Shown here: piece by piece, positions 19,128-32,832 of the stretch
Numbering within the stretch: the stretch's first letter is position 1
Layout of the letters: the number at the start of each line of letters is the position of its first letter
Origin: Planctomycetota bacterium
GTDB lineage: Bacteria > Planctomycetota > Planctomycetia > JALXBF01
Direction: 5' to 3'
Assembly: GCA_026991575.1 (NCBI GenBank)
Contig: JALXBF010000105.1
Location: 62,001-126,000, forward strand
DNA length: 64,000 nt
The notes under the pieces: model-generated
The model's input: the letters and a program-made list of their open reading frames with translations, nothing else
Database searches by the model: none
Told to the model about the DNA's origin: nothing
Translations under genes and position numbers: made by a program

Positions 19128-19592
19128 TCACGACTGGGGAACGGATGTGACCGGCTGGGCAGCGGCGCGCTGGGCAAGCTCCCGAAGGGCCTCCAGCTGC
19201 TGCTGCTTCTGCTCGAGCATCGCTGCCAGCAGGTTGCGGGCTTCCGGGTCGTCGACCACTTCTTGGAGATCCTCCTTGAGCTGGGCAACGTTCTGTTCCT
19301 GGTAGGCCACCAGGCGCGGTACCAGTGCGTCCACGGCCAGGTAATGTGTATCGGTAAAGTCGCTCGGATACGGGGCCGGAAGCGGCACGCCACCCCGTGC
19401 CACGATCAGCTCGGCCAGCCGTTCCAGCCAGCGATCCTCCTCGGCAACCATCCGCTGAACCAGCTCGTAGACCTCCTGATCCAGCGGGTCGCGACGGTCG
19501 ACCCAGGGGTGCGCATCGCGCAGGTAATGCGGCAACGAAGCCGCTTCGCGGCTGAACACTCGTTCCAACACCCGTAGTACCTTCGTCGACAT
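19128..19592 (-). CDS. Hypothetical all-helical protein, ferritin-like fold suspected
   Basis: Helical and acidic; ERLAELIVARGGVP resembles a ferritin-like helix B-loop; lies directly downstream of nuoN. Confidence 0.6.
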   Translation of the reverse strand: MSTKVLRVLERVFSREAASLPHYLRDAHPWVDRRDPLDQEVYELVQRMVAEEDRWLERLAELIVARGGVPLPAPYPSDFTDTHYLAVDALVPRLVAYQEQNVAQLKEDLQEVVDDPEARNLLAAMLEQKQQQLEALRELAQRAAAQPVTSVPQS

Positions 19593-19653
19593 CGTGCCGC
19601 CGTCTCCAGTTCGTTTCGTTCGCGCCCCCCTACAGTCTTAGTCGACCAATCGC

Positions 19654-21216
19654 CTAGGGTAGCAACAGCGTGGCTACGGCCCCAGTCGTGATGTCCTGCA
19701 ACCCGTTCCAGACGCCGGGTATGAGCAGCGCAAAGTTGGCAACGATCAGCAGCACGTGGAAAGCCACCGCCAACGCGTTGGACTGCCACGCCGGCGTCTC
19801 AGGCACGGGCTCGTCGATGATCATCACCCGGAGCACCTTCACGTAATAGAACAGGCTAAAGACCGTGTTGGCCAGGCCAACGGCCAGCAGCCAGTAGAAA
19901 CCGGTCTGGTACAGCACCACGAAGATGCGGAACTTTGCAACAAAGCCCGCCAGTGGGGGGATTCCCGTAAGGCTGAGCAGGAACACCGCCATGGCTACCG
20001 TCAGCAGCGGGTTGCGGTGGATCAACCCGCCGTAGTGGCTGAGGTCCTCAGAGCCGATAGCATTGCGGATGAGCGCCACCACGGCAAACGCGCCTAGGTT
20101 CATGAAAAGATAGACCACCAGGTAGAACAGAACCACGTCCACTGCCGTTGCGAAATTGGGTCGGCCGCTGGATCCAATCGCGGCAGCAATCGGCATGAGC
20201 ATGTAGCCGGCGTGGGCAATGGTGGAATAAGCCAAGAGGCGTTTGAGGTTGGTCTGGGCGTATGCTGCCAGGTTGCCGTAGGTTGCCGTGACGGCTGCCA
20301 GAACGGCGAGCGTCAGGGCGAGAGCTTGCGTAAGCGAGACTTGGGCAAAGCCGAACGCCTGCAGCACCGGGTAGGCAAGGGTCAGAACGAAGCGGGACAA
20401 TAACGCAAGCGCAGCCCCCTTGGAAGCAACGGACAGAAACCCGGCCACCTCGGCCGCGGCACCGTGGAAGACGTCCGGGCACCAGAAATGGAACGGCACG
20501 GCCGAGACTTTGAACGCGATCCCGACCAGCACGAGCAAGACGCCCGCGACCAGAATTGGCTCGATCACGACGCCGTGTTCGGTCGCCACCGACTGCGCGA
20601 TCCGTTCGGCCAGCGTCGGCAGATGGGCGGTCCCGAAGCGGCCGGCCAGCAGGCTCATGCCGTAGAGCATGATCCCTGATGCCCCGGCACCAAAGACAAC
20701 GTACTTCAGCGAAGCCTCCCCCGCACGCCGGCTCTCTTTCAGAAAGCCCGCCAGGCCATAGCTGGGTAAGCTGGCCATTTCCACCGCCATGAACAGCATC
20801 AGCAGGTGGATCGACGAGCTCATCAGGATCATGCCAAGTGTGGCACCGAGCAACAACACGAAAAAGTCCGCGGCATCTTCCGGCTCGGGCATGTTCGTCA
20901 GCATCGTGAGCCAGACCATAAGCACGGCGAAAGCCAGCAGGAACAGCCGGAAGAAATGCGTGTAGCCGTCGACAGCAAGCATCCCGCCGAAGATTTCGCG
21001 GTGTAGCCCTGCCCCGTACTGTTCCAGCGCCAGCAGCAACGCGACGATGCTACCGATCAGTGCCAGGGCGCGTGAGACGTAGGTGCCCTGGCGCTGGAAC
21101 AGCCGCACCAGCAGCAGGACCAGGATGGTGGCCACGAGAGCCAGCTCGGGCAGAAACGCCCTGAGCGAACTCCCGATGTCCGATCGCACAACCTCGAAGA
21201 CTTCCGTCAGGTTCAT
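19654..21216 (-). CDS. nuoN: NADH-quinone oxidoreductase subunit N
   Basis: EASLKY, FKVSAVPFHFWCPDV, QTNLKRLLAYSTIAHAGY, GIPPLAGF.AK. Confidence 0.95.
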   Translation of the reverse strand: MNLTEVFEVVRSDIGSSLRAFLPELALVATILVLLLVRLFQRQGTYVSRALALIGSIVALLLALEQYGAGLHREIFGGMLAVDGYTHFFRLFLLAFAVLMVWLTMLTNMPEPEDAADFFVLLLGATLGMILMSSSIHLLMLFMAVEMASLPSYGLAGFLKESRRAGEASLKYVVFGAGASGIMLYGMSLLAGRFGTAHLPTLAERIAQSVATEHGVVIEPILVAGVLLVLVGIAFKVSAVPFHFWCPDVFHGAAAEVAGFLSVASKGAALALLSRFVLTLAYPVLQAFGFAQVSLTQALALTLAVLAAVTATYGNLAAYAQTNLKRLLAYSTIAHAGYMLMPIAAAIGSSGRPNFATAVDVVLFYLVVYLFMNLGAFAVVALIRNAIGSEDLSHYGGLIHRNPLLTVAMAVFLLSLTGIPPLAGFVAKFRIFVVLYQTGFYWLLAVGLANTVFSLFYYVKVLRVMIIDEPVPETPAWQSNALAVAFHVLLIVANFALLIPGVWNGLQDITTGAVATLLLP

Positions 21217-21264
21217 GGCGGGACTACCGTTTCGGTCTCGGCAGCACTGGATCTCTGCGGCCTC

Positions 21265-22926
21265 TTAACGAGCCTGCGCCAGTGTCTGGGTCAGGTCCTG
21301 GATCAGTTGCGTGACGGACGGTTCCATGAAGCGGAACACCAAGTCGGGATAAACGCCCAGGACAACGGCCATGATCACCATCGGCACCGCAATAACCCAC
21401 TCACGCACGGACAGATCCGGCAGGGCGTTGGGGTCTCCATGGTGGCCCTCACCGAACATCTCCGGGCTGGGCCTGCCCAGGAAGACGCGCTGGAGCGTCC
21501 AGAGGATGTATCCGGCCGTCAGGATCACACCGCTGGCCGCTAGCACTGCCAGCAGTCGGCTGAACTGCCAGCTGCCAAGTACCGTGAACACCTCACCGAT
21601 GAAGCCGCACAAGCCGGGCAAACCCATACCGGCAAAGAAGATGATTGCCGAGATGCCCGCGTAGTAGGGCATGATGTTGGCGAGCCCGCCCATGCGGTTC
21701 AGATCGCGGTGGTGGATGCGATCGTAGATCACGCCCACTGCGAAGAACATCGCAGGCGAGCTGATGCCGTGGGCAATCATCTGGAACATCGCTCCGTTCA
21801 TCGCCATGGACCACTTGTCCGGATCGCCCATCAGGGTCCAGACACCGAAGCCCAGCATCACATAGCCCATGTGGCTGATGGAGCTGTAGGCAACCAGCTT
21901 TTTGAAATCAGTCTGGGCCATGGCGGCCAGCGCGCCGTAGAGGATGTTCCAGACGCCGATGCCGGCGATGAACCAGGCCAGGTAATGGGCGGCCTCGGGA
22001 GCAATCGGATACGCTAGACGGATGAAGCCGTAACCGCCCATCTTCAGCAGGATTCCGGCCAGGATCATGCTGATCGGCGTGGGCGCCTCGACGTGAGCGT
22101 CAGGCAACCAGGTGTGGAACGGGAATACCGGCACCTTGATCGCAAACCCAATGTACAGCAGGACGAAGATCAACAGCTGGAAGCCAAGGCTGTAGACCCC
22201 GGCTTGCTGTGCAATGGAGTGCAGCCGCATGATGTCGAACGTGTAGGCCGGCCCGGCTCCCGGCTCAGCCGGATGGAAGTACAGCGCAAGGATTGCCACG
22301 AGGATGAGCACGCTGCCGACCAGCGTGTAGATGAAGAACTTGATCGCCGCGTACGGGCCGCCGCGCACCCGGCCGTCGGCTTCAACCCGAGACGGGGCCC
22401 CCCAGATACCGATCAAGAAGTACATCGGTAACAGCATCAGCTCCCAGAAGACATAGAAGAGGAAGAAATCCAGCGCAACGAACGTGCCCATCATGCCGGT
22501 AACGAGCAGCAGAAACAGTATGCAGTAGCCACGGACATACTTATCGATGCCCCAGCTGGCCAGCATCGCCAGCATGCTGATGAAGCCGGTCAGCACCACC
22601 AGCGGCAGACTGATGCCATCTACGCCCAGGTAGTACTCGACACCAAAAGCGGAAATCCACGGGTAGCGGACGACCAGGTCGTTGGGAAGGTCCTGCTCAC
22701 GGGCCGCCGCGGCACGCTCCGCCAGCGTGGGCCAGCTGCCGGTGGCCGGATCGCGCAGCTCGAAGTATTGCGCAAGCAGGACCAGTGTCAGCAAGAATAC
22801 CAGCACGGTGGTGGCGAAGCTGATCTGCTTGATCAGCTCCTTCTGCCTTCCCGGCACAGCCACCAGAATCAGCGCGGCCACAGCCGGCAGGAACACAATG
22901 GCCGATAACAGGATGGTGTCACTCAT
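21265..22926 (-). CDS. nuoM: NADH-quinone oxidoreductase subunit M
   Basis: GVDGIS, FWELMLLPMY, KVPVFPFHTWLPDAHVEAPT, LKMGGYG. Confidence 0.95.
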   Translation of the reverse strand: MSDTILLSAIVFLPAVAALILVAVPGRQKELIKQISFATTVLVFLLTLVLLAQYFELRDPATGSWPTLAERAAAAREQDLPNDLVVRYPWISAFGVEYYLGVDGISLPLVVLTGFISMLAMLASWGIDKYVRGYCILFLLLVTGMMGTFVALDFFLFYVFWELMLLPMYFLIGIWGAPSRVEADGRVRGGPYAAIKFFIYTLVGSVLILVAILALYFHPAEPGAGPAYTFDIMRLHSIAQQAGVYSLGFQLLIFVLLYIGFAIKVPVFPFHTWLPDAHVEAPTPISMILAGILLKMGGYGFIRLAYPIAPEAAHYLAWFIAGIGVWNILYGALAAMAQTDFKKLVAYSSISHMGYVMLGFGVWTLMGDPDKWSMAMNGAMFQMIAHGISSPAMFFAVGVIYDRIHHRDLNRMGGLANIMPYYAGISAIIFFAGMGLPGLCGFIGEVFTVLGSWQFSRLLAVLAASGVILTAGYILWTLQRVFLGRPSPEMFGEGHHGDPNALPDLSVREWVIAVPMVIMAVVLGVYPDLVFRFMEPSVTQLIQDLTQTLAQAR

Positions 22927-22929
22927 GGC

Positions 22930-25107
22930 TTACCGTGCAAACAGTGTCGTTACATAGAACAGCAACGCGAGAACCGCTACCGTCCCGACCACAAGGAAGA
23001 CGATATACTGGCGGATCCTTCCGGTCTGGAGCCACCGGAGCCGTTCACCGCACCAGTAAGTCACTTCGCCCACAAGGTTCACGATGCCATCGATGATCCA
23101 GAAGTCGAACCGCCCGTCAGCCGAGGCAAGCCGGGCGGTCCAGTACGCCACGCCATCCACAATCCCGTCGATGATGTTCCAGTCGAATGCCCGCACCTTC
23201 CGGGAAAACGCCAAAACGGGCCGCACCAGCGCAGCCGCGTAGAGCTCATCGAAGTACCACTTGTGCCACAGGAAGCGGTACAGCCGCGGAAACTGGGCAG
23301 CCACCTCATCGGGCGACAACAACCGTACGCCGTAGAAGATGACCGCCAGGACCACGCCCACGATCACAGCACCGAGAGCGAATGTACCGGCCAGCTCGTG
23401 CGTGGCGTGTGGTGGATGCGCCGTGAAGCCCTGGCCTGCCGGGCCGTTCTGCAAGGCCAGCTCAATGACTGGCTGACCAAGCCCGAAGCTGTAGCCGGCG
23501 CACCAGCTCAGCACCGCCAGGACAATGAGCGGCACGGTCATGGTCGGGGGCGACTCATGGGCATGCTCGTACACATGGTGGTCACGCGGTTTCCCAACGA
23601 ACGTCATGAACCACAGCCGGAACATGTAGAACGCCGTGATGGCAGCACCGCCAACAGCCAGCACGAATAGCGTCGGCGCGATCACCCCGTACAGGCCGGT
23701 CTGCGGTGCCTGCTGCCAGAAATGGAGTGCGTATGCCAGGATCGCGTCCTTCGAGTAATAGCCCGAGAAGAAGGGAATGCCGGCTATTGCCAGCGTACCG
23801 ACAAGCATGGTGATCGCCGTAATCGGCATCTTCTTCAGCAGGCCCCCCATCTGCGGCATCTCCTGCGTGCCCGCAGCATGGATGACGCTGCCAGAGCACA
23901 TGAACAACAGCGCCTTGAAGAACGCGTGTGTGATCAGATGAAACAGGCCGGCCAACCAACCTCCGACTCCCAGCCCAAGCATCATGTAGCCAAGCTGGCT
24001 GATGGTCGAATAGGCCAGCACCCGCTTGATGTCCGTTTGCACGATTGCGATGGTACCTGCCATGAACAGGGTAATCGCCCCAACCATGGCAATGATCAAC
24101 AGAGCCGTCGGCGAGAAGAGGAAGAAGAAACGGCCGACGAGGTACACACCGGCGGCAACCATCGTTGCCGCGTGAATCAGCGCGCTGACGGGCGTCGGCC
24201 CTTCCATCGCATCGGGCAACCAGACGTGCAGCGGAAACTGTGCCGACTTGCCCACGCAGCCGCAGAAGATCCCAAGCCCTGCTACGGTCAACAGCGCCCC
24301 GGTCAGCTTCCCGTCAGCGAGCGCTGCCCGGATCTCCTCAAAGTTGAACGTTCCCAGCGTGGTCCAGATGATGGCTAGCCCGATCAGGAAACCGAAGTCG
24401 CCGACCCGGTTCGTGACAAACGCCTTAATCGCAGCACGGTACGCCGACCGTCGCTCGTAGTAGAACCCGATAAGCAGGTAACTGCAGACGCCGACCAGCT
24501 CCCAGAACACGAACACCAAGAAGATGTTGTCCGATAGCACCAGCCCGAGCATCGAGAAGCAAAACAACGACAGGTACGTGAAGAAACGCGGGAACCTGCC
24601 CGGCCGCTCCAACGGTGGTTCGCCCGGCTCCACGGCGAGCGGATCGTGGACCGGCTCGTGCAACTCCTCGTGCATGTAACCGATCGAATAGATGTGAATC
24701 AGTGTGGCCACCAGGGTGACCATCGCGAACATGACCACGGTGAGATTGTCTACGGCGTAGCCGAGCCGAATTACATCGTGACCAAATGCTGCCCACCGGA
24801 TCTGGCCCTTCCAGACGAGTGTGCCGTCCTTCGTGCCGTGCCCCCCGGACGGTTCCTCAGCGGGGGCGGCCGCTCCGTGACCGTGATCTTGCCCGGCAGC
24901 CGGTTCGTGGTGTGAAGCGGTAAAGAGGTCGCCTTCTCGGGCGTAGCGCACCAGGCCGATGGCGCTGAGCACGAACGCACCACCGATGGCTGCCGTCGCG
25001 ATGTACGCAGCCACGATGCCCAGCCGCTTGCCACCGAGCAGCAAGATCAGAAACGATGCCAGCGGTAGCAGGACGGCGATAACGTAAAGCAGGCCTGGGT
25101 CTTGCAT
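22930..25107 (-). CDS. nuoL: NADH-quinone oxidoreductase subunit L
   Basis: KSAQFPLHVWLPDAMEGPTPVSALIHAATMV, THAFFKALLF, KWYFDELY. Confidence 0.95.
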   Translation of the reverse strand: MQDPGLLYVIAVLLPLASFLILLLGGKRLGIVAAYIATAAIGGAFVLSAIGLVRYAREGDLFTASHHEPAAGQDHGHGAAAPAEEPSGGHGTKDGTLVWKGQIRWAAFGHDVIRLGYAVDNLTVVMFAMVTLVATLIHIYSIGYMHEELHEPVHDPLAVEPGEPPLERPGRFPRFFTYLSLFCFSMLGLVLSDNIFLVFVFWELVGVCSYLLIGFYYERRSAYRAAIKAFVTNRVGDFGFLIGLAIIWTTLGTFNFEEIRAALADGKLTGALLTVAGLGIFCGCVGKSAQFPLHVWLPDAMEGPTPVSALIHAATMVAAGVYLVGRFFFLFSPTALLIIAMVGAITLFMAGTIAIVQTDIKRVLAYSTISQLGYMMLGLGVGGWLAGLFHLITHAFFKALLFMCSGSVIHAAGTQEMPQMGGLLKKMPITAITMLVGTLAIAGIPFFSGYYSKDAILAYALHFWQQAPQTGLYGVIAPTLFVLAVGGAAITAFYMFRLWFMTFVGKPRDHHVYEHAHESPPTMTVPLIVLAVLSWCAGYSFGLGQPVIELALQNGPAGQGFTAHPPHATHELAGTFALGAVIVGVVLAVIFYGVRLLSPDEVAAQFPRLYRFLWHKWYFDELYAAALVRPVLAFSRKVRAFDWNIIDGIVDGVAYWTARLASADGRFDFWIIDGIVNLVGEVTYWCGERLRWLQTGRIRQYIVFLVVGTVAVLALLFYVTTLFAR

Positions 25108-25159
25108 GGGCGTCCCGTGTCTTCCGTGGTGCTGTTGCCGCGATCGCAGCGGGGTTCGG

Positions 25160-25477
25160 CTACAGCTTCAGCTCGCTTGCTCGATCGACGTCCACCGTAA
25201 GGTGGGTATTATAGAAAGCCAAAATAATCGCCAAAGCGATGGCCGCCTCGGCAGCCGGCATCACGATGCCGAACAGGGCGAACATTTGGCCGTCGAGTCC
25301 AAAGGGCGTGTAGCGTGCAAAGGCGACAAAGTTCAGGTTGCTGGCATTCAGCACCAGCTCAACGCCCATCAGAATGCCCACGGCATTCCGCTTGGTCGCC
25401 ATGCACAGCGTGCCGCACACGAACATCGCGGCACTGACCAGAAGAACACCTTCCAACGGAATGGCCGCTTCGCTCAT
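25160..25477 (-). CDS. nuoK: NADH-quinone oxidoreductase subunit K
   Basis: LMGVELVLNA, GQMFALF, AAEAAIALAI. Confidence 0.93.
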   Translation of the reverse strand: MSEAAIPLEGVLLVSAAMFVCGTLCMATKRNAVGILMGVELVLNASNLNFVAFARYTPFGLDGQMFALFGIVMPAAEAAIALAIILAFYNTHLTVDVDRASELKL

Positions 25478-26130
25478 GCCTGCCTATTCCTCCTCCTGCG
25501 GTGACGCTCCGCTCGGGCCAGGTAAGCAGCCCCGATGAGCACCACCAGAAAGTGGACGGAGACGATTTCAAAGGGCAGTAAGTAGCCGATAACTCGTTTC
25601 TGCTCGGTGGTCTCTTGCTGCTTGTTCGCTTCAGCTTGCAGCAGCTCCCGGTTTACCGCATCCATGTGCTGTTCTTCGGGCGCCGGTATGCCCAGCAGGT
25701 ACAGGCCAATCCGGCGGGTGTTGGGCGACCGTGCGGCCAGTTCGTACGAGTCCATCTTCGTCTTCGGCGACTCCACTGTCGGCCAACTGGCACTGACCAG
25801 CAAACTCGACAGCACCGCAAAGACGATCGCGCCCACCGTGACGCCGATGACCCAGTCGCCGCCTTTGGTGTCCATCTTCAAGAACGGCCGCCGTGCCGTC
25901 AGCATCACGCCGAAGACCAGCAGCACAGCGGTCCCCCCCGCATACACCAGCAACTGGGCGGCGCCAATGAGATCTGCCCCCAGCAGGAAGTAGACGCCTG
26001 CTGTGCTACCCAGTGCAAGAAGCAGCCAGACGGCGGCTCGGACGATGTCCCGGGTTACAAGGACACCGACGGAGCAAAACACGATTGCGCCGCCAAAAAG
26101 CCAAAACAGCAGATTCGGCCACCAGCTCAC
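25474..26130 (-). CDS. nuoJ: NADH-quinone oxidoreductase subunit J
   Basis: QLLVYAGG..VL.VFGVML, YLLPFEIVS; position between nuoH and nuoK. Confidence 0.92.
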   Translation of the reverse strand: MSWWPNLLFWLFGGAIVFCSVGVLVTRDIVRAAVWLLLALGSTAGVYFLLGADLIGAAQLLVYAGGTAVLLVFGVMLTARRPFLKMDTKGGDWVIGVTVGAIVFAVLSSLLVSASWPTVESPKTKMDSYELAARSPNTRRIGLYLLGIPAPEEQHMDAVNRELLQAEANKQQETTEQKRVIGYLLPFEIVSVHFLVVLIGAAYLARAERHRRRRNRQA

Positions 26131-26163
26131 CGGTCTCTCCCTGTCGCTGCCAGGTTGGGCAAC

Positions 26164-27297
26164 TTAGAACCGCTCAGCAGGCAAGCTGTTCGGCGTCGTG
26201 CGGGCTACCCACACGAAGAACAGGACGGTCACTGCGCCGAGCGTCAGGCCGGCCGCACGGCCCGCCCACTCCGTGGGCACCACCAGCGGCCACACAGCCG
26301 CTCCGAGCAACAGCGCCGAACTGATCGGCAGGAAGTACTTCAAGCACGTCTTCATCACCTGGTCGATCCGCAACCGCGGTAGCGTCCACCGCAGCCACAT
26401 CATGACGAAGACCAGGAAGTAGCCCTTAGCGATAAAGTTGACGCAACCGAGGACTGGCCGTAGCACCGATTCCTGCGCGACGCCCAGCAGGTCACAGACC
26501 GGAATGGGGCCGTTCCAGCCGCCGAGAAACAGCGTGGCACAGATGCCACTTACGGCAAACATGCTGCCGTACTCGGCCATGAAAAAGAACGACCACCGCA
26601 GCCCGCTGTACTCGGTGTGGAACCCGGCCACCAACTCGCTTTCGGCCTCAGCCAGGTCAAACGGCGCCCGCTTCACGCTTGCCGTCGCAACGATGAAGTA
26701 CACCCATCCGGCCAGGAATGTGAACGGGTCGTTGAACAGGTACCAGTTCCAGAACCACCCGGCCTGGTCTCGGGCAATCTGGTATAGGTTCAACGTGCCG
26801 GCAGACATCAGGGGGATCACCACGCAGATGGCCATCGGCACCTCGTAACTGACCATCTGGGCCGCCTCGCGCATGCCTCCGTACAGGCTCCACTTCGACC
26901 CGGACGACCAGCCCGCCAACAGGACACCGAAGACCTCGGTGCTCATGACCGCCAGCATGTAGAAGATCCCGATCGCCAGCTCGTGCGGTACCAGTGACGG
27001 CGCAAACGGCAGAGCCAGGTAGGCGAGAAAGGAACCGATGAAGACGATGTAGGGGGCCATCAAGAAGAGCCAGCGGTCGGCGTGAGCCGGCACGATGTCC
27101 TCTTTTTGGAGCAGCTTCAGGCCGTCGGCCAGCGTCTGCAACCAACCGAACTTGCCACCGACCCGCGTCGGCCCAAGCCGGTCCTGGATGCGCCCCGCCA
27201 CCTTGCGCTCCATCCAGATGAACACCAGCGCGCTGAGGCCGACGAACAGCAAGGGCAACAGCAGAGCCAGGATCGCTCGCAGAATCACCCAACTCAT
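26164..27297 (-). CDS. nuoH: NADH-quinone oxidoreductase subunit H
   Basis: ERKVAGRIQDRLGP, ADGLKLL.KE, RAPFDLAEAESELVAGFHTEYSG, LPRLRIDQ. Start placed at MSWVILR. Confidence 0.95.
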   Translation of the reverse strand: MSWVILRAILALLLPLLFVGLSALVFIWMERKVAGRIQDRLGPTRVGGKFGWLQTLADGLKLLQKEDIVPAHADRWLFLMAPYIVFIGSFLAYLALPFAPSLVPHELAIGIFYMLAVMSTEVFGVLLAGWSSGSKWSLYGGMREAAQMVSYEVPMAICVVIPLMSAGTLNLYQIARDQAGWFWNWYLFNDPFTFLAGWVYFIVATASVKRAPFDLAEAESELVAGFHTEYSGLRWSFFFMAEYGSMFAVSGICATLFLGGWNGPIPVCDLLGVAQESVLRPVLGCVNFIAKGYFLVFVMMWLRWTLPRLRIDQVMKTCLKYFLPISSALLLGAAVWPLVVPTEWAGRAAGLTLGAVTVLFFVWVARTTPNSLPAERF

Positions 27298-27984
27298 CTG
27301 GTAGGTCTCCGGGCCGCGTGTGCCGACGCCGAACCGCGCGCCACCCCGGGGGTGGTTCACCATTTTATCGGCCCGGTCCAGGTAGAACAGGGGCTTTGCG
27401 CTGGCCTCCGGCGGGCCAGGCCGGCACCGCTTGCTGGAGCCGGTCACCGCCACGGTACGCTGCCGCTGCCCAGTCCGGCCCGTCCGCACCGGCCCGGACA
27501 TTTGCAGAAGCGGCGCAAGCCCCGAAGCAACGGCGCCTCAGCCCGTTCCGCCACGCTGCCGGAGTCCCGTCCGAACTCCCGCCACAAACGGTAGACGCAA
27601 CGGGGTGATGGACCTTTCCCGGCTGGACTTACCCCCCTTCAGCACGTCAACTTCCGCCGCGCCCGGCACCCAGCTGTCCGGCACCGTGCCCGAACCTCGC
27701 CAGGCTGCAGCGGCCGGCTCCCGGACCTTGCGCCACCAGCACCATGCAACACGGTCTCGACTGCCGGCCGCGATGCCGGCTGGCAAGGCTAGCGTGCAGT
27801 GCCGTCGACGGCGGCCGACCCTGCGGGCGTTGCAACGTCGGCGTGGTCCACTGGAGGCCCCCGTCTGCGACTGCCAAACCGCGAACGTCGGTTGGCGACA
27901 CGGCGCAATGACGCGGCCCGACCGCAGGCGGGCGATCGTCACCTGCGGTCGGGCCTTTCTGCCGGATTGGCGGTGGCAGGCAGG

Positions 27985-30630
<2,646 letters not shown>

Positions 30631-30689
30631 GTGTGTCACTCCTGGTTTGCGAAGGTTCCCTCCGCCGGCATCTGCCGGGAGCCGAAATT

Positions 30690-30714
30690 AAACCCCCCGA
30701 TCGGCGGGGGGTTT
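30690..30714 (-). terminator. Intrinsic terminator/attenuator between dnaK and clpB
   Basis: 10-bp perfect stem AAACCCCCCG / CGGGGGGTTT with a 5-nt loop; ends in TTTAATTT on the minus strand. Confidence 0.7.
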
Positions 30715-30786
30715 GCCTGTGCTGCCACCGGCATCCGGGCAGAGGGTGGCAGCTGCCCGAAGCCGGCTCCTTGTGGTGGTCTGAGG

Positions 30787-32721
30787 TTACTCTTTCACCT
30801 CGTATTCCGCGTCGATGACATCGTCACCCCCGCCGCCGCTGCCAGATCCGGATGAGCTGGCGCCGGCGCCAGTGGTCGTCGTCGATTCAGCTGTCGTACC
30901 GGCTGCTCCAGCACCGGTCCGCTCATACAGGTGTCTGGCCAGCGCGTGACTGGCCTGCTGCAGTTCCTCGATCGCCTGGCGGATCGCGGCTGCATCGTCA
31001 CCCTTCATCCGTTCCCGCAACCGGTCGATTGCCGACTGGATCGCGTTCTTGTCTGCGTCGCTGAGCTTGTCGCCGTGCTCCTTCAGCACCTTTTCGGTCT
31101 CGTAGATCAACGAGTCGGCCATGTTGCGGGTCTCGGCCAGCTCACGCCGCTTGCGGTCCTGCTCGGCGTACTCCTCCGCCTCGCGCCGCATGCGTTCGAT
31201 CTCTTCCTTGGTCAGGCCCGAACCGGCCTCGATCCGGACCTTCTGCTCCTTACCCGTCCCCAGGTCCTTGGCCGTCACGTGCAGGATTCCATTGGCATCA
31301 ATGCTGAAGGTGACCTCGATCTTCGGCACACCACGAGGTGCCGGCGGGATGCCTTCCAGGTTGAACTGAGCCAGCAGCCGGTTGTCCGCTGCCATCGGCC
31401 GCTCGCCCTGATAGACCTTCACCGTCACGGCCGTCTGGTTGTCCTCTGCCGTCGTGAAGATCTCCTTCTTCTCTGTCGGAATCGTCGTGTTCCGCGGGAT
31501 CAAGACCGTCATCACGCCGCCCAGTGTTTCAATACCGAGCGACAACGGGGTCACGTCCAGCAACAGCACATCCTTGACCTCACCGGCCAGCACCGCACCC
31601 TGGATCGCAGCACCAACCGCCACGACCTCGTCCGGATTGATTCCCTTGTGCGGCTCCTTGCCGAAGTACTCGGCCACAAACCGCTGGATCTTCGGCGTTC
31701 GGGTCTGGCCACCGACCAAGATCACCTCATCGATGTCCTTCGGCGACAACTTCGCGTCAGCCAGTGCCTGGTCCATCGGCTTCTTCAGGCGCGGGATGTA
31801 CTTGTCAATGAGCTGCTCAAACTTGGCCCGCGTGATCGTCATCATCAGATGCTTCGGGCCGGAAGCGTCCGCCGTGATGAACGGCAGATTGATGTCCGCC
31901 TGCGTCTGGAACGACAGCTCCTTCTTGGCCTTCTCGCACGCCTCCTTCAGCCGCTGCAACGCCATCGGATCGTTGCGGATGTCAATGCCACTTTCCTTCT
32001 TGAACTCCTCCGCCACGTAGTTGACCAGCTCCTCGTCGAAGTTGTCGCCGCCCAGGTGCGTGTCACCGTTGGTGGCAAGCACCTCGAAGACGCCTTCGCC
32101 AACGTCCAGAATCGAAATATCGAACGTACCACCACCCAGGTCAAAGACAGCGATCTTCTCGTTCTTCTTCTTGTCCAGGCCGTACGCGAGCGCAGCCGCT
32201 GTCGGCTCGTTGATGATCCGGACCACTTCCAGACCGGCAATCTCACCGGCATCCTTCGTGGCCTGACGCTGGGCATCGTTGAAGTACGCAGGTACGGTGA
32301 TGACCGCCTTCCGAACCCGATGGCCCAGGTACGCCTCCGCAGCCTGCTTGAGCTTCATGAGGATCTGAGCCGAAATCTCCTGCGGCGTGTACTCCTTGTC
32401 GCCCACCTTCACGCGCACGTATTCATCCGGGCCGCCGACGATCTCGTACGGCACCATCGTCTCCTCTTCCTTGACCTCACCACGACGGCGGCCCATGAAC
32501 CGCTTGATCGAGTAGATCGTGCGCTTCGGGTTCGTGACGCGCTGGCGTTTAGCGGGCTCGCCGACCAGGATTTCGCCCTGCTCGGTAAACGCGACAACGC
32601 TGGGCGTGATGTTGCTGCCTTCCTGGTTCGGGATCACCTTCGGCTGCCCGCCTTCCACGACGGCCACCACCGAGTTGGTTGTTCCCAGGTCGATGCCGAT
32701 GATCTTTTCGCCCTCAGCCAC
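30787..32721 (-). CDS. dnaK: Molecular chaperone DnaK
   Basis: [38 protein letters not shown]-terminal DVIDAEY. Confidence 0.98.
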   Translation of the reverse strand: MAEGEKIIGIDLGTTNSVVAVVEGGQPKVIPNQEGSNITPSVVAFTEQGEILVGEPAKRQRVTNPKRTIYSIKRFMGRRRGEVKEEETMVPYEIVGGPDEYVRVKVGDKEYTPQEISAQILMKLKQAAEAYLGHRVRKAVITVPAYFNDAQRQATKDAGEIAGLEVVRIINEPTAAALAYGLDKKKNEKIAVFDLGGGTFDISILDVGEGVFEVLATNGDTHLGGDNFDEELVNYVAEEFKKESGIDIRNDPMALQRLKEACEKAKKELSFQTQADINLPFITADASGPKHLMMTITRAKFEQLIDKYIPRLKKPMDQALADAKLSPKDIDEVILVGGQTRTPKIQRFVAEYFGKEPHKGINPDEVVAVGAAIQGAVLAGEVKDVLLLDVTPLSLGIETLGGVMTVLIPRNTTIPTEKKEIFTTAEDNQTAVTVKVYQGERPMAADNRLLAQFNLEGIPPAPRGVPKIEVTFSIDANGILHVTAKDLGTGKEQKVRIEAGSGLTKEEIERMRREAEEYAEQDRKRRELAETRNMADSLIYETEKVLKEHGDKLSDADKNAIQSAIDRLRERMKGDDAAAIRQAIEELQQASHALARHLYERTGAGAAGTTAESTTTTGAGASSSGSGSGGGGDDVIDAEYEVKE

Positions 32722-32832
32722 GGCTCTTTCTCCTCGCTACGGTTGCTGCTTGCCTGCTCGCGTCTACCTGATCCCACAACACCTATTCTGACCAGAACGC
32801 CGTCGAGTTCAACACCTGCAAAGCATGCCACT

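Noticed and set aside
25245..25275. NuoK TM3 reads FGIVMPAAE, with a Pro where Ala is usual
   Set aside because: Conserved Glu residues are intact; cannot distinguish a variant from sequencing error.
27298..27984. ORFs in the clpB-nuoH spacer and the long NuoH N-extension
   Set aside because: No protein-like composition; likely the nuoH promoter region. No RNA family recognised.
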